DNA from: Camelus ferus
Lineage: Eukaryota
Length of the DNA: 64,000 bases
Reading direction: 5' to 3'
Assembly (NCBI RefSeq): GCF_009834535.1
Contig: NC_045707.1
Span: 60,886,001 to 60,950,000, forward strand
The position numbers and the translations under genes were made by a program. How positions within the stretch are numbered: the stretch's first letter is position 1; every line of letters begins with the position of its first letter. The notes beneath the pieces are model-generated. The model saw nothing but the letters and a program-made list of their open reading frames with translations, searched no databases and was not told where the DNA came from. Shown here piece by piece: positions 10,872-23,526 of the stretch.

Positions 10872-12968
10872 TTTTAGCAAACTCCCAGGAAAACTCCTCC
10901 GTGGGTCCCTGTTTCTCTTCTTTCTCCCTTCATCTCTCTGTTCTTCATCAGAAATGTCCGCGACCCACTTGAGGGAGGAACAGGAAGCTGTATGATCAAG
11001 TCAGAATTCTCTCTGGCACACAGGGAAGAGGAAATGACACAGAACCTCCACACAGGAATGAGTTTTGTTCTGACACGTTTCTGAATTTGTGTTGCCCGTT
11101 TCAAAGTAATCGCCTTGAGAGGCTCCACTCTTTATTACCAAAACTCCAAACACATTAGGATATGTATTTTTGTAACTGGCAGACTAAACACTGTTAAAAA
11201 AAATTCACTGCATCCCTTTGTGGTCACACTCCATAGATACAGCTCTGACCAGGTACCCCTGAGACTTTCAGGATTTATCTCTTTAGTTGTCCGGTCCTTC
11301 ATTGTTCTCAGCTGAGAGAGGACTGGCTTAGTGCCTCTCAGAGGGCGCGGGGGCCGTTCTGTAGGGCTACCGGTGACCACCAACAGTGCTAGGGAGCCCT
11401 GGCCTTGATATAGGGAGGTACAGGAGAAGGTGGAAAAGGAAGGTAGAAAATTTTAAATATATATATAGAAGAGCAAAACAGTAAGAGTAAAAAGGAGAAG
11501 GCAAAAGAGAAGAGAGAAGGAATTATAAAAAACGAAGCACTTGTTGAAAGCAGAGGAATAGTTTATGACTCAGATTCTCCAACCTCTGAATGTAGTTCAG
11601 TCTGTTACTCAGGTTTAGAGTTGGTTCCCAGGCAGCTGGTGAAAGGGGCTGGGGGTGGGGGTGGGAGGAGGAGGTGGGAGGGTGTGAAGTGGGGCTGCCC
11701 AGAGACACTAGGTTTTGGTTTTATTATCCACTGAGAAGTTTCTCTCTTGATGATTAAACTGCTCAGAGAAAGTCAAGCTATGAAACAAGCTACCCAATCT
11801 ATCAATAAAGAAATCATGTCCTTTCTTTTTAAAGTTCTGAAATCATTCATTATCTGTGGTGTGACAGTTGACTACAGTAGAATTGTCATATCATAAATGG
11901 TGGATTAGGGATGGATGAGTGGACTTAGTGGGTGGACAGGCCCTTTTGTAACTGAGAATACAGTTTGATTAATAGAAGGAAAAGCTGGGGAACAAAAAAG
12001 AAAATCAAAGGGCAAAGACTACTCAAAAAAAAAAAAAAAAAGAAAGGGAGAAAATTTGATGTCGAGAACTTTAAAAATAGGCTGTAGGTTTATAATGATA
12101 TAAAAAGAAAAAAAATCCGTTCTCTTCTCCTACCCAACCCCACTTCTAAATTTCACTGATGAAATAGGCAAAAATCACTCCTACATGTGGCTGCCGTGTG
12201 TGCGTGTGTGTGTGTGTGTGTGATGTGTAAAAACAATTTATTTCAGTTACCTAAGTACCTGGTACGATTCACACTGTACATTTGCCTCCAGAGTGTGAAA
12301 TAAGTTAGATGACAAATGATGGACTCAGAAATTGCTACTGAATAATTTTTACCTTTAGCTTTAATACAAGCCTTTAAAACAAAAACATACAGGGAACTGG
12401 TATAAAGTCTGGTTGGAATTTTTTCTTTTCATTTTTTTTTCCATTACTCATATCCAGAAACAGGCTGTCTGAGGAATTAATCTGAATATTCTGTCATCTT
12501 GCACATTATTATTTGATTTAAAAAAAAATAGCTTTGCTATTGAATCAGAGAATCTTGAAGTCCCTAAGAAAAATCAAGAGATTACTTATTCTTTATTAAC
12601 AGATACGTCTTACTATTCTACTCAACATTTTCATGTAGGAAATTTGTTTGAATAGACTAGTTTGAAACCAGGGTCACTGGGCAAAAATAGAAAAGTGAAA
12701 AGCAATGATGTACTCTAATGATAACTTGAAAAAAATTTGTTCTCAGGTGGACGATAACATATGCTAGTGTTTCTAATATTCATCAGTTAGATGTCTTAGG
12801 AACACAAAAGACTGCAAAAGGCTCATCCCTCCGTTAAAATGTTTATCATTGGCTTTCATTTCATAAAATGAAAATTCCTACTAAAACTATTCATAGGAAT
12901 ATAAAATGTTAATACACTTGTTACTACCTTCGTACCTTGGTACCTAGTTTTGTTATGATGATCTAAAT

Positions 12969-13162
12969 TAGTTTGCAGTCTTGACTGCACATTAGAATCA
13001 TCTGGGGAATTTAAAAATATATATATATATATATCTCTCCTGATGCCCAGGCAGCAGCCTAGACCAGTAAATCACCAATAAATCATAATCTCTTGGTGGA
13101 ACTTGGTACTTTTTAAAGCATCCCAGGCGATTCCAATGTTCCATCAAAGTTTTGATCACCAG
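12969..13162. mobile_element. MER5A (hAT-Charlie) containing a (TA)n run
   Basis: tgactgcacattagaatcatctgggga...ctgatgcccagg...tttttaaagcatcccaggcgattccaatg. Confidence 0.8.
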
Positions 13163-13419
13163 TTTAAGTAGTCCCTGATCAAGCCCTACTTCGATCATCA
13201 CCTTTGTTAGAATCATTCCCTCCTCTGCACTAAAGAGAGAGCACATAGCAAATCGTATCTTTGCAGGTCAGGTCCGTGTTGCATTGTTTTTCATTTTTCA
13301 GCACCTGAGAGGTGCTCAATAACTCAAAGACTGAATGAACACACGTATTTCCCGGCAGGGCCGCGGAGGAAGGTTACCACCATTTTCAAGACAGCAGATT
13401 CCTCCAGCACATCTAGAGA

Positions 13420-13670
13420 GACAGTGTGACTCATTTAGTTACATTTTACAGCTCTGAGTCACCTGGCACTAGGCCAGTCAAAAGTTTCAGAACCTGATGT
13501 TTCAGATCCTTACCTAATGGACATTTTTATCCTGGGAGCCGGCCTGAGGATGCAGCTGACAGAACGAGCACAGGGCTTTTCTTCAGGAAGCAGTGAGAAG
13601 CCACTGCTGCTCCCCACTTATGTAACCATATGTTGCACAAGCATGACCTGAGGAATGTGATGCAAACATT
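13420..13670. promoter_or_regulatory. Candidate bZIP-rich enhancer
   Basis: In apparently unique DNA: TGACTCA 13427-13433, TGAGTCA 13455-13461, TTATGTAA 13618-13625, TTGCACAA 13633-13640, GGAATG 13652-13657, TGATGCAA 13658-13665. Motif evidence only. Confidence 0.4.
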
Positions 13671-14594
13671 ATTTTCATCTTCCTCCATCACTTTAAACTC
13701 AGTTCAGCAGGGAAAAAACTTCTCTTGTCTGTCGATAAAGTCTTTCATCACTCAGCAGTTATTGACTTGGAGTTATAAAACAGTCTCATTTTAGAAACTT
13801 AATTTATTCAGTCTCACATCATAATCAAAAATCAACCTGCAGTCAGGGTGAAGCCATCACCCAGGCTCCAGGCCTGGCCGGCTGCACAAGCCTGTGGTGG
13901 GGAAGGAGTTTGTGGTCCTTCTGTCCTCTCCTTTCTTCCAGCTTACCTGGTCTACCTGTGCTTCCTCTCTGCCTGGAGTCAAATTAGAGAGGGTGAGGAA
14001 AAAGAAGGGAAAATGACGTTGCCACTTGCGTGAGCCTGGCATTGGTTAAAGCTCGAATTCCTGGATGGGTTGGCAGGTAGTTGCAGTAAGTTGTTTTCTC
14101 GTGGGGGCTTTTGTGGGTTCTTCAGAGGTTTCTTGTTGAGTTCCTGGCTTTTGCAGTTCCCTGGACCTAGAGTGATCATCTTCAGCTCTTGGTGGCCATC
14201 TGTGATGCCTTCTTCACCCAGACTCACACCTCTGAAAGAGTAGCCCCTTTAGCTGGGATCTCTGTGCACCGGGCAGCCCTATTAGAATTGGGGGACCCCA
14301 CACTGCACCTCGTCTTGGTCCACGCTGGTCCATCCTGCGTTCATGCCCTCCTTCCCTCCCCATCATCCGGGGTCGGGCTGTCTCTACACAGCGGCACCCT
14401 CCTGCCTCCACCATGGAGGTGGCTGTTAGAATTCCGAGGTGGGAGTCAGCCACCTTTCACAGTCCACTTTACTTTTCTCAGGCCTGAGTGAGGGACCTGT
14501 CTTCCTTGTCCCTTGGTTGTAGGGAGCACATAAGAGGCATTCCATGTAATTGCCTTAAAGTCTCCATCTTCAAGATCTAGGAGGTGCACCTCCA

Positions 14595-15023
14595 CTGTCA
14601 TAGGTCAGCCTCCTTGGAAGCAGAGCCTGAAATAGGGATTCTTGTTCAAGTGATTTATTGACGAACTGTTCTCATTAGAAGGGGAGTAAGGAAAACAGGA
14701 TGAAGTTGGGGGATAGGGGAAAGCCAGGCAGGAACATGACCAGCTAGAGACTCATGTCAGTCTGATCCCAGAGGGAAAACCCTACAGACAAAGTGCATCA
14801 CAAAGGCAGTCCCACTTTGAGGCAAAGAGTTCAGTTTATATCCTCCTGCTGGTTGGGCTGAGGTTTGCTGGGGTGATCTGGGTGGAGGCATGCATCCCAC
14901 AGGTGCTGGCTGGCTGAGGGCAGTTCTCCGGAGAAGGGGACAGCTGAGTGCGGTTATGGGTGGGGAAATGAGTGGGCCAGCTGGTCAAGGGGATCTGGAG
15001 GGACCTTTACAGTATCCACTACA
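14595..15023 (-). mobile_element. ERVL LTR, LTR16/LTR33-like
   Basis: ggaagcagagcctgaaa...aagtgatttattg near one end and aaggggatctgg...cagtatccactaca at the other. Confidence 0.65.
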
Positions 15024-15502
15024 TTCATCCCACTCCCTCCCTCTAAAGATGTTTTCCCTCCTCAATCTCATCTTGATCTCTTGGAGCACTCCAAGGATTG
15101 TGGAACAGATTCTTAGAGACATTTCCTTTTAATTATACTAATTGGGGAGGGGGAGTGTCTGTCCCATTCTGGTATCGAACATCTTTCATCTTGTCCGCTC
15201 GGGAGCAACAGAAGCAGGAAGAATTCCATTCTAATATCCTTTTGCTCTTTTGTTCAGGTGGGGTTTTGTTTGTTTGTTTGTTTTTAATATCAGTGACCAC
15301 AGAACTTGATGGCTAATCCCACGGGACAGGGCCCAGAGTGGCAGGTGAACTCAAAACCATGTGTGGCGGCTTCCCTGGAAGCTCAGATGGATCTGTGCTC
15401 TTCACACGTCTCCCTCAGCAGACCCCACGTGAGATACTGTCCAGGAAGCAACATGGTCAACTGGAACAAACCCATGACTTTCTCATAAGAAAAGCAAGCA
15501 CA

Positions 15503-15916
15503 TTGTATATTTATATATACACACAATGGAATATTACTCAGCCATAAAAAGAATGAAATGATGCCATTTGCAGCAACACAGATGGACCTAGATATGCCAG
15601 TATTAACTGAAGTAATTCAGACAGAGAAAGACAAATGCCATGATATCACTTACATGTGGTATCTAAAAAATGATACAAATGAACTTATTGACAAAACAGA
15701 GAGACTCACAGACGTAGAAAACAAACTTATGATTACCAAAGGGGAAACAGGGGTGAGGGATAAATTAGGAGTTTGGGATCAGCAGATACAAACTACTATA
15801 TATAAAATAGATAAACAGCAAGGACCTAGTATATAGCACAGGGAACTGTATTCGAAATCTTGTAATAAACTATAATAGAAAAGAATCTGAAAAAGAATTT
15901 ATATATATGTGTATAT

Positions 15917-15972
<56 letters not shown>

Positions 15973-16044
15973 CTGAATCTCTTTGTTGTATACCCGAAAC
16001 TAAGACATTGTAGATCAACTATACTTCAATTTAAAAAAAAAAAA
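15503..16044 (+). mobile_element. 5'-truncated cetartiodactyl-type LINE-1 (ORF2 C-terminus, 3'UTR, poly-A)
   Basis: Translates as TMEYYSAIK..MMPFAATQMDL..TEKDK (degenerate ORF2p end), followed by a typical 3'UTR, an internal (TA)/(CA) repeat at ~15900-15971 and an A-tail at ~16033-16044. Confidence 0.92.
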
Positions 16045-16404
16045 GGCAGGCCAAAAAAACCCAAACAAACACATGGATTAACAAGACATAAAGAATGACT
16101 TTTCAAGTGTCCATGACCAAGCAGCAGGAGAGCAGAGAGGCGAGGCAGTGGTGTGGGACAGCAGTGCATCACCAATATCCCAGAGTAGCCTGGGGAGGGG
16201 AACACCCAGCCCAGAGAAGCCACAAAAGGCCTGGAGTTCTTCAGGGGTGAAGAGGAACCCAGGAAGCTGACAGAATAGCTGGTTTCCCATGCCTGTTTCC
16301 TCCTTTTTCTCCCCTGTTATACGGTTTCCTGATTCCTATTGAAAAGATAGGAAATAGTCCATGACCCATTCCTGTCCAGAGTTCTCTCTGTGCTGATTCA
16401 CCAG

Positions 16405-16492
16405 GATGTTAGAGCTGGAAGAGACGCTAGGCTTTATCTAGAAAAGCTTTCTTCTTTCACAAATGAGGAACTGTAGCCCAGAGAGGTTATTA
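16405..16492 (-). mobile_element. MIR fragment
   Basis: ttagagctggaagagac...ttcacaaatgaggaactgtagcccagagagg (MIR core). Confidence 0.65.
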
Positions 16493-18009
16493 TGAAGGAC
16501 GTGGAGACTGGTGACTCACAGGCCAAACCTTGCCTGCACAGTCTTAAGTTGGAATATGAATTTGTTTAAAAGATTGAAAAACCAGATCTCTCTTTCTCTC
16601 TCACTCACACACACACACACACACACACACATCTGTTAGAAACCTGGAAACCCAGCCACAAGAGGCTTGGAGTCTAGCACGGCAATAACCACCCAGTGGT
16701 TATTATAATAACCACACGATCTTGTGGGCTGTCTCATGCCCAGCCTGTTTGATCTGTCTTGCCCACCTGATCCCTGTAGGTAACTGAGTTTGTGGCTTCT
16801 CAGTGATGGTGTTTATCCAGAGCCCCATAGCTAGTGACAGACTTGAATAGGGGCCCATATCAAAACTGAAATTTAGTAGGCACTGGCAGAAAAAGTATAG
16901 AGGGACCAGGACGTACAAATCTGCCCTGGTCCAGAAGTGATGTTGGCTGTTGAACTAAATTGGAGAGAGCATGCAGTCAGGATGGCAAAACTGGCTCCAG
17001 TCAGTGTGATAAAGGGATGGGTGCTGGGTGGTAATCCAGCAAGACTTGGGGGTTCAGGGAATTGAAAAGAGCACAATGACACATAGTTTTGCGGCAAACT
17101 GCTGGGTGGCATCAGAAACATTTCAGCAATGGATTAGCAAGGCTCTGGCCACGGGGCTGGCAGTCAGGAGTGGGATCCCAGTCCCAGTTTGGAGGAATGG
17201 TCAGAACGAGGCAGAACTCAACCTTAGAAGAAGAGCTGTAATTTCAGAAGGGATCTCAGGTTAGGGGACTAATTCTAGGACTCAGTTACGCGGCTCGAGC
17301 TGGGATGGGAAGTCAGAGCAGACCTGGGAGGTGGCTGACTTTTTGCAGTCACACGGCTCTGTGAGCTCCTCCTTGCTTGGGGCTTAGAGCCTGCGGTGGG
17401 GGTTGAATGGATCAGTTAACTGAGAGCTCAGCATGGAGAAAAGGGTGTCAGGATTGGGGAACCAAGCCCCATCAGACTCCTTCACCAGGCTCCCCACCCA
17501 CTATTTCTCATTCACCTGCAAACCCAACCTTCACATAATTAAAAGACTGACTTTGCCCTGAATCTTCACATCTCTTCTCATATTTATAAATACCAACACT
17601 GAAACAAAACAAAGAGAGAATTCTGAGAATTCTTCAGCCTGGCAGCAGGTGGAAAAATGAGCCCACGATGCTGTCAGGTACCATGTGAAGCAACAATGGG
17701 GCTTGTCAGCTGTTACTTTTAGTGAGCATTAAGTTTGATGAAATAACCCAGTTGTACAAAAGGGGAAAAAAATAAGTGACAGTTATGGCGACAGATGGGG
17801 AAAGACTTGTTTCTGCACCTACAGATAGGAAATTTTACTGAAAATACTTTTAAAGGCACCCTTCTTAGATAATTGTGTCTCACCATGAAGTGACTCTAAG
17901 TTTCTAGGGCATGTTTCTTTTTGTTAAATTGTAGAAAAGATAAATGGTTTAGTCTGGGAAAAATATAAATACCAGTAAGGTCAGCCAGGCTGAACACATA
18001 ATCATTACC

Positions 18010-18230
18010 AGTATTTTCTGGGTCCCTGCTAAGAGCCAGGTGCCATGCTAGCTGCTTCGTGTCTCATTTAATTCTCACAACAATCCAAAGAGCTAAGCAT
18101 GGTTATTATCTCTATTTGCATATGAGGGTACTGAGGCTTAGAAAAGTGAAGTAAGTTACCCAAGGACACACCACAGGTGAGAAGGAGAGCCTGATTCAAA
18201 GCAACTCAGCCTGTCCCCAGAGACAAAGCT
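18010..18230 (-). mobile_element. MIR SINE
   Basis: ctcatttaattctcacaacaa...atgagggtactgaggcttagaaaagtgaagtaagttacccaagg. Confidence 0.85.
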
Positions 18231-19519
18231 TACAAGTCGCCTCCAGTGGCGTGAGCCCTGCTGTGGCCATGTGTTAGGTGACTACCCCAGCATCCTTTGC
18301 CCCTGACCTCCTTAGCAAGAGAATCCCCATTTGTTGAGGGTGGCAATACTAAAGAACACCCATCTATCAGTGTAGTTGATACATTGCATTGATGGCCCCA
18401 AGTAATGACTTCTCATGTGCCCATGCCCTTTGCAATGAGACTTGTAATAGTAACCCTGAGGTTCCCTAAACTCTCCTCCTCTCTTGGCCCAGCCTGGGTC
18501 CCCTCTGCTCCCTCTAGGACTGGGTTGATGGAGGTGCTGCCCACCCCCAACGTTTTCCTACTGGCTCCACAGCCCTCTCTTTGGGGCTATTGCAGGACCA
18601 GAAGCACAGAGAATGGCTCCTGAAGGCTTAATTATCCATCTCAGCCCCCAGAGCATATTGGTGCTTGGAGAATCTCTCGGGGAAACTCAGGAACATCCCC
18701 TCCCTGGGCTAAGGAGGTCTTATCTCTGGGGTTTAAGTGTCATTGATAAATTTGTTATATAGAATTTACAATATCTTTTCCCATGAAACCATATTTCATA
18801 AATATGCACATATAGAAAATGTATATAGTATATATTATATAAAGCTAAAGTTCCAAGCTTGTCTGTTAAAGCACTATTTAATCTGTAATACGAAACCAAT
18901 GTGCTTTTTTGAGTTTGAGTTCCTATGAATTTAGAGAGTCATTTGATAAAGCAAGAATAAGAGGGCAGAGACTGCTTTTACTCTGGGCAATTTTGAAACA
19001 GGTGAGCCAGGCAGTGTCATCCCTCTCTGCGTCTTGGTGTTCTCCTCTGGTACCCGCTTCCCCACCACGCCCAGCATCTTCCTGTGGCCCGAGCCTGGCA
19101 CTCTGATACTCTGAAGGTTTATCAAACTCCTGTGCCTCACAATTCAAACGCCACCTTCAATCAAAATCTGCCTTGCTCCTTGTGGAAACTTTAGATATCT
19201 CTTGAGAGCAATCTGACTCTAACTAGGAACTAGTCAACAGAAGCAGAAAATTCCAAGCCATTGGAAGTTAGGGGCACTTATTCTGAGATGAGCGGGCATC
19301 CTTTAGAGAGAGCTACCTCGGGGGTTGTCATCCTCTGCCTCCCTGCTGACCACAGGTCTTCCCTGTCTACTTCTCGGTCCGGTCCGGGGAGTCTCTAAGT
19401 CCCACACTTTTTTAAGGCAGAGTTTCTATGGTAACATCAGTGGAAACTTTGGAGATGGAAAGTCATGAAGGTTCTTCATGTTTATGAGTCAGTTCATCTG
19501 AGATGCAGTGAAAAAGCAT

Positions 19520-19690
19520 GAAAAGCCTTAAACGTTTGTAAGCTTTGACGCAGCAATTCCACATGTAGGAGTTTTATCTTTAAGCAATAAGTGAATAAGT
19601 GCAAAAGAGGCTTTGTCAAAGCGTTTTTTAAGATGTGGAAAGTAGGCAACAACCTAATTTCAACAAGTAGATTTGAAATAAACAATCAGC
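19520..19690 (+). mobile_element. Ancient L1ME ORF2-end fragment
   Basis: ctttgacgcagcaattccacatgtaggagtt...ggcaacaacctaa, similar to the L1 'PFDPAIPLLGIY' region. Confidence 0.55.
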
Positions 19691-20514
19691 GTAGTGACTT
19701 TAAAAACAAAGCAACCGAATTGGCCTCAGTTCAATTCTGACATTCTCTGTGACTACTCTAAGGTTTTTATTTGTGTTTCAATTTTAAATAGTGATAAGGA
19801 GTGCAAAATGCAGGATATGAGACTTTTGTTTAGTAAGTGCAAATTTTAGTTCATGCGTGAAACAATTCACTGATTTTGAAGTGCTATTTTTAAAACTGGA
19901 ATTTATTCTTTTTAAAAAGTTGTTATTTGTTTTAAACCTAAGGGGAAAAACAAGAAAAGAATTAGCATTCCTGATTATTACATGACTATTGCTAGGAATA
20001 ACCTTGTCTCATACAACAGGAGGGCGCTAAGAACCGACCTGTTCCAGGTGTCAAGTCCCCTAGCTGTGCCACTGCTGAGGGGAAAGCTCACTAAGAAGCC
20101 AAGTGTTACTAAGACTTCTCTGAAACTTGTGAAACCTGTTGGTGGGAAAGCAGTTTGCCACTGCATGTGTTAGTTCTTCAGGAAAAGAATGCTGGGGCAC
20201 ATGGACATGCAACGATAAACTCCTCCCTCCACGTGGAAAATCTGTCACCAATAGCCAGCCATGGCTCCCATCTACCATCTTGGAAGGTAGCAGAACTCAT
20301 TAGCAATTCTCAGTCATTCAGAAGGAACCAGTGCTTCACGCGAGTTGTTAATTTGAGGAGAAAGCAAAAGCATTGAGGGAGACATCTAACATCTACCTAA
20401 TTGATGAGCAGATAGAACTCAAAGCAAACTATTGAGGTAGTAATATGGCATCCTGGAGGAAGCACAGATTTTGGAGAAGACCTGGACTTTGGTTGTGGCC
20501 CTACCAAAATTATT

Positions 20515-20650
20515 TGCTCCTAATTCACTTAAAATATTTATTGAATCTCCACTGTGTGGGTGCTGGGAATACAATGATATACAAGATAGATATGGCTGCC
20601 CTGAAGGAAGGAGACTCCCACCCACCAAGAGAAAGGTTAACAGACAAATG
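20515..20650 (-). mobile_element. L2 3' end fragment
   Basis: aaaatatttattgaatctccactgtgtgggtgctgggaataca...ctgccctgaagga. Confidence 0.65.
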
Positions 20651-20694
20651 GATGAAGCACTTTTTTTGTTGTTTTAAGTGCCTAAAGGAATCAG

Positions 20695-21235
20695 ACCAGT
20701 GGTTTCCCATTGCTCCCAAATAAACACCAAAATTCTTAATATGGCCCCCACCATCCTCTCCTACTGTATCTCACACTTCCCCCTTGCTAGGTCTGTCTGC
20801 TCCAGCCGCAGCCTTCTTTTAGTTCCTCAAGTGCATTAAAGCCTTCCTGTTTTGGGGTCTTGACCTATATTGGCCACCTCCACCCCTACTTTGCCTCAGT
20901 TAATTCCTAATATATCCTTCAGCTCCCAGGACAAATACGTTGGCAGAAAGCCTTCCCTCATGTCCACTCCCCCACATCCACTCCACACCTCCCACACCCA
21001 GTACGCCTACAATCAATGACCAGTCCGTATATCCCCATTAGCAGCCCAGGCATTTTCTTCATAACTCGGTCATTATCAATTTGCCTGTATGATCATTCAT
21101 TTGATACCTGTGTTCTCTTCCACCACCGTCTCCTGCTAGACTGTGAGCTTCATGGAGGCAAAGTTCTCTGTTTGACCCACACCATTGAATTCCTAGGTCA
21201 GCATATTAAATATTTGCAGAATTAGTGAGTGAAGG
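20695..21235 (+). mobile_element. L2 3' region
   Basis: ccagtggtttcccattgctc...ctagactgtgagcttcatggaggca...aaatatttgcagaattagtgagtgaa. Confidence 0.75.
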
Positions 21236-23005
21236 TAGGCATAGATGAGTATGTAACCAAACTGAAAAATCTGCCACCAGGAGTGTGCCCTAAGAGAATT
21301 CTTTTATGAGGGAAGTTGTGCTGTCCAAAGAACTTCCTCATTCCTGCTCTCCCTTGACTGGCCTAGCTGGTCAGGTGTTGTTGTTTTGAGTTTTATTTTT
21401 ATGCATTCCCCTTTTTCTTACTTTCTTCTACTTCTTAAATTATACTTACCTTAGTATTTTTTTTCTTTTTATCTTTTGGTCTTTAACTCCTACTTGAATT
21501 TATAGCTTTCCATTTCAAAGCTTTCAGCTCTGATTTTACTAGCCCTCTGTCTTTTCAAAAATTATAAGTATTTATTTTATTCTATGTTTTATCAATTCCT
21601 AATCTTAATTTTGAATAATTCTCTCTAGTCTTAACTCCTTCTTGTCTTGCTGCTTTCATGTTTTGCTCTATCCCATTTTAAATCTAATTTATAGTAGGTA
21701 CCATTCTCTCATAATTTATTATTAATTTGTTAATGTGCCCATTTTTAACTTAATTGGTAGATTTCAGTGTCATTTGACCATCTCACCTATCTTTTACTGG
21801 GAGTTTTACCCTATTTATTCTCACCCCCTTCCCCTCTCCCTCCCTCTTCTTTACCCCACTGCTCCCCTCATGCCCACTTTCCCACCAGAAAGTTGGAAGT
21901 CAGAGGAATATAAACAGGGGGGGAGAATTCACTTTCTGAGCATGAAAGGATGAAAGCTATCTTTTCCCTTCCTCTTTTCCCTGCATTCTCCTCTTAAGAC
22001 TCCTTCATCAAATTATTCCTCAGACCTGTTAAGGATGGTTCTTCAGAGAACCTCACTGCAGAAGATTTGGTGAATTCAGTTTTCTTCAGAGGAACAAGCC
22101 CCATTCTGTCTTTATATTTGACTTACTGGAAAAGCATTGTTTATTAATGTCTCCCTTACCATCTAGTCGCTAGTTGAGGAACTGGGAGAAAATGATGCCT
22201 ACTTCATGCCCAGGAGGAGGGGCCTCGGACGGATTCTTCAGGTCAACCTTCTCCAGGCCTGATCCTAATGAGGTGCTGACAGACTCCGCAGTAAATGCCT
22301 ACAGGATGTTCCAAAGTGAGACTCTGCATCCAGGGTCTTGGCACCACTTTAAACCAGCTGCAGTCATCATCCACCCAAGGATAGGTCCCTCCCCTTCTAG
22401 GCAGGTTGAGAGGAGGATTCTTTGGCTGTGACCGGCCTCAATACTCTTCCTTGTCCTGAGGGCTAGTGGAAGCTGAAGGGTGTGGGCTGACAGCTTCACA
22501 AGCAGAGTTTTAAGAAGAAGAACACTCACCCTCTTGTCTCAGGATTAGTTTACATTCTAAATCCTACACTAGATCATTGAGGCTTGCTCCAAGGAGTGGA
22601 TTTCGAGGAGGTAACAGAGAATGCCTTCACTGTCTTCTCTTAGGGCATAGGCCTCTCCAGCTTTCTGAGAAAGTCCTGATGCCAAGGATTTAGCTACCTT
22701 AGTAGGATCCTTTGCCCAAGTTTCCAGAGAAGAGTTAGATGCCATGCTGGGGGACCAGGATCCCCAAAGGATGCCCTGACTACACCATCACACTCCACCT
22801 GCCATCCTCAGACCCAGCACTGAGTTCCTTTATAGGCTTCTATGGACATGCACTCTTTCTCTCAGGGAGATCTGCTCCCCTCCATATTAGCTAGATAGAT
22901 TTAATCCCTTCCCACCCAGTTTCAGAGAGGGAACTACTCTTGTGGGGTAGACCCTCAGGTTCTCACTGTCTTGCCATTCTTAAGAACCTTCCTTTGAAAA
23001 CCCTC

Positions 23006-23500
23006 TGTTGGGGGACAAGGTGGGCCGGTGTCGCAGATGGTAAAAGAATTTTCCAGAGACAAAGAAAAGTGGAAAGAAAAGTTTATTAGGGGTACGCTGC
23101 CACAGACAGCAGCAGCCACACAGACAAGAGGTGCCTGTGTGAACCCTGAGGGTCAGTTGTTGAGGTCTTTTATTGGGGGGAGGAGTTGGTGAACACAATG
23201 GGTTGGGGGCTGTGTGATCAGCTTGCGTACAAGTTTTTGTTTGGTTGTAGGTGAGGTAAGAAGTTTAGAATCTGTAAAGGGATAGTGGGGTTTATGACTC
23301 TAATAAGGTGGGCTGAAACAAACCAAGCTATTGTGAGATTAGGCATTACCTAGGGCTTTTAGTATTTTAGGGCAGACATGCCCAGTAAAGAATGTACTTT
23401 ATCTGTTGAGGGATTGCAGGCAGATCTGAGAGCCCAGGAATGGAGGTCATTGGACTTTGAAGGATACCAGTTGGCCCCACACCCTCCTCTGACCGGCTCA
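23006..23500 (-). mobile_element. ERV1-class solo LTR
   Basis: TG...CA termini, minus-strand AATAAA (tttatt ~23082) and a ggtgaggtaa block shared with the LTR at 171-679; no clear TSD. Confidence 0.65.
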
Positions 23501-23526
23501 CTAGGTAGCCCCCAGTGATCTGAAAC

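Noticed and set aside
13979..14491. GC-richer stretch with several overlapping ORFs (possible retrocopy or exon)
   Set aside because: I recognise no protein similarity, poly-A or TSD; it may be an old LTR remnant. A BLASTX/Dfam search would settle it.
15558..15836. 92-aa ORF resembling the L1 ORF2p C-terminus
   Set aside because: It is a degenerate fragment of a 5'-truncated L1 running into its 3'UTR, not a functional CDS.
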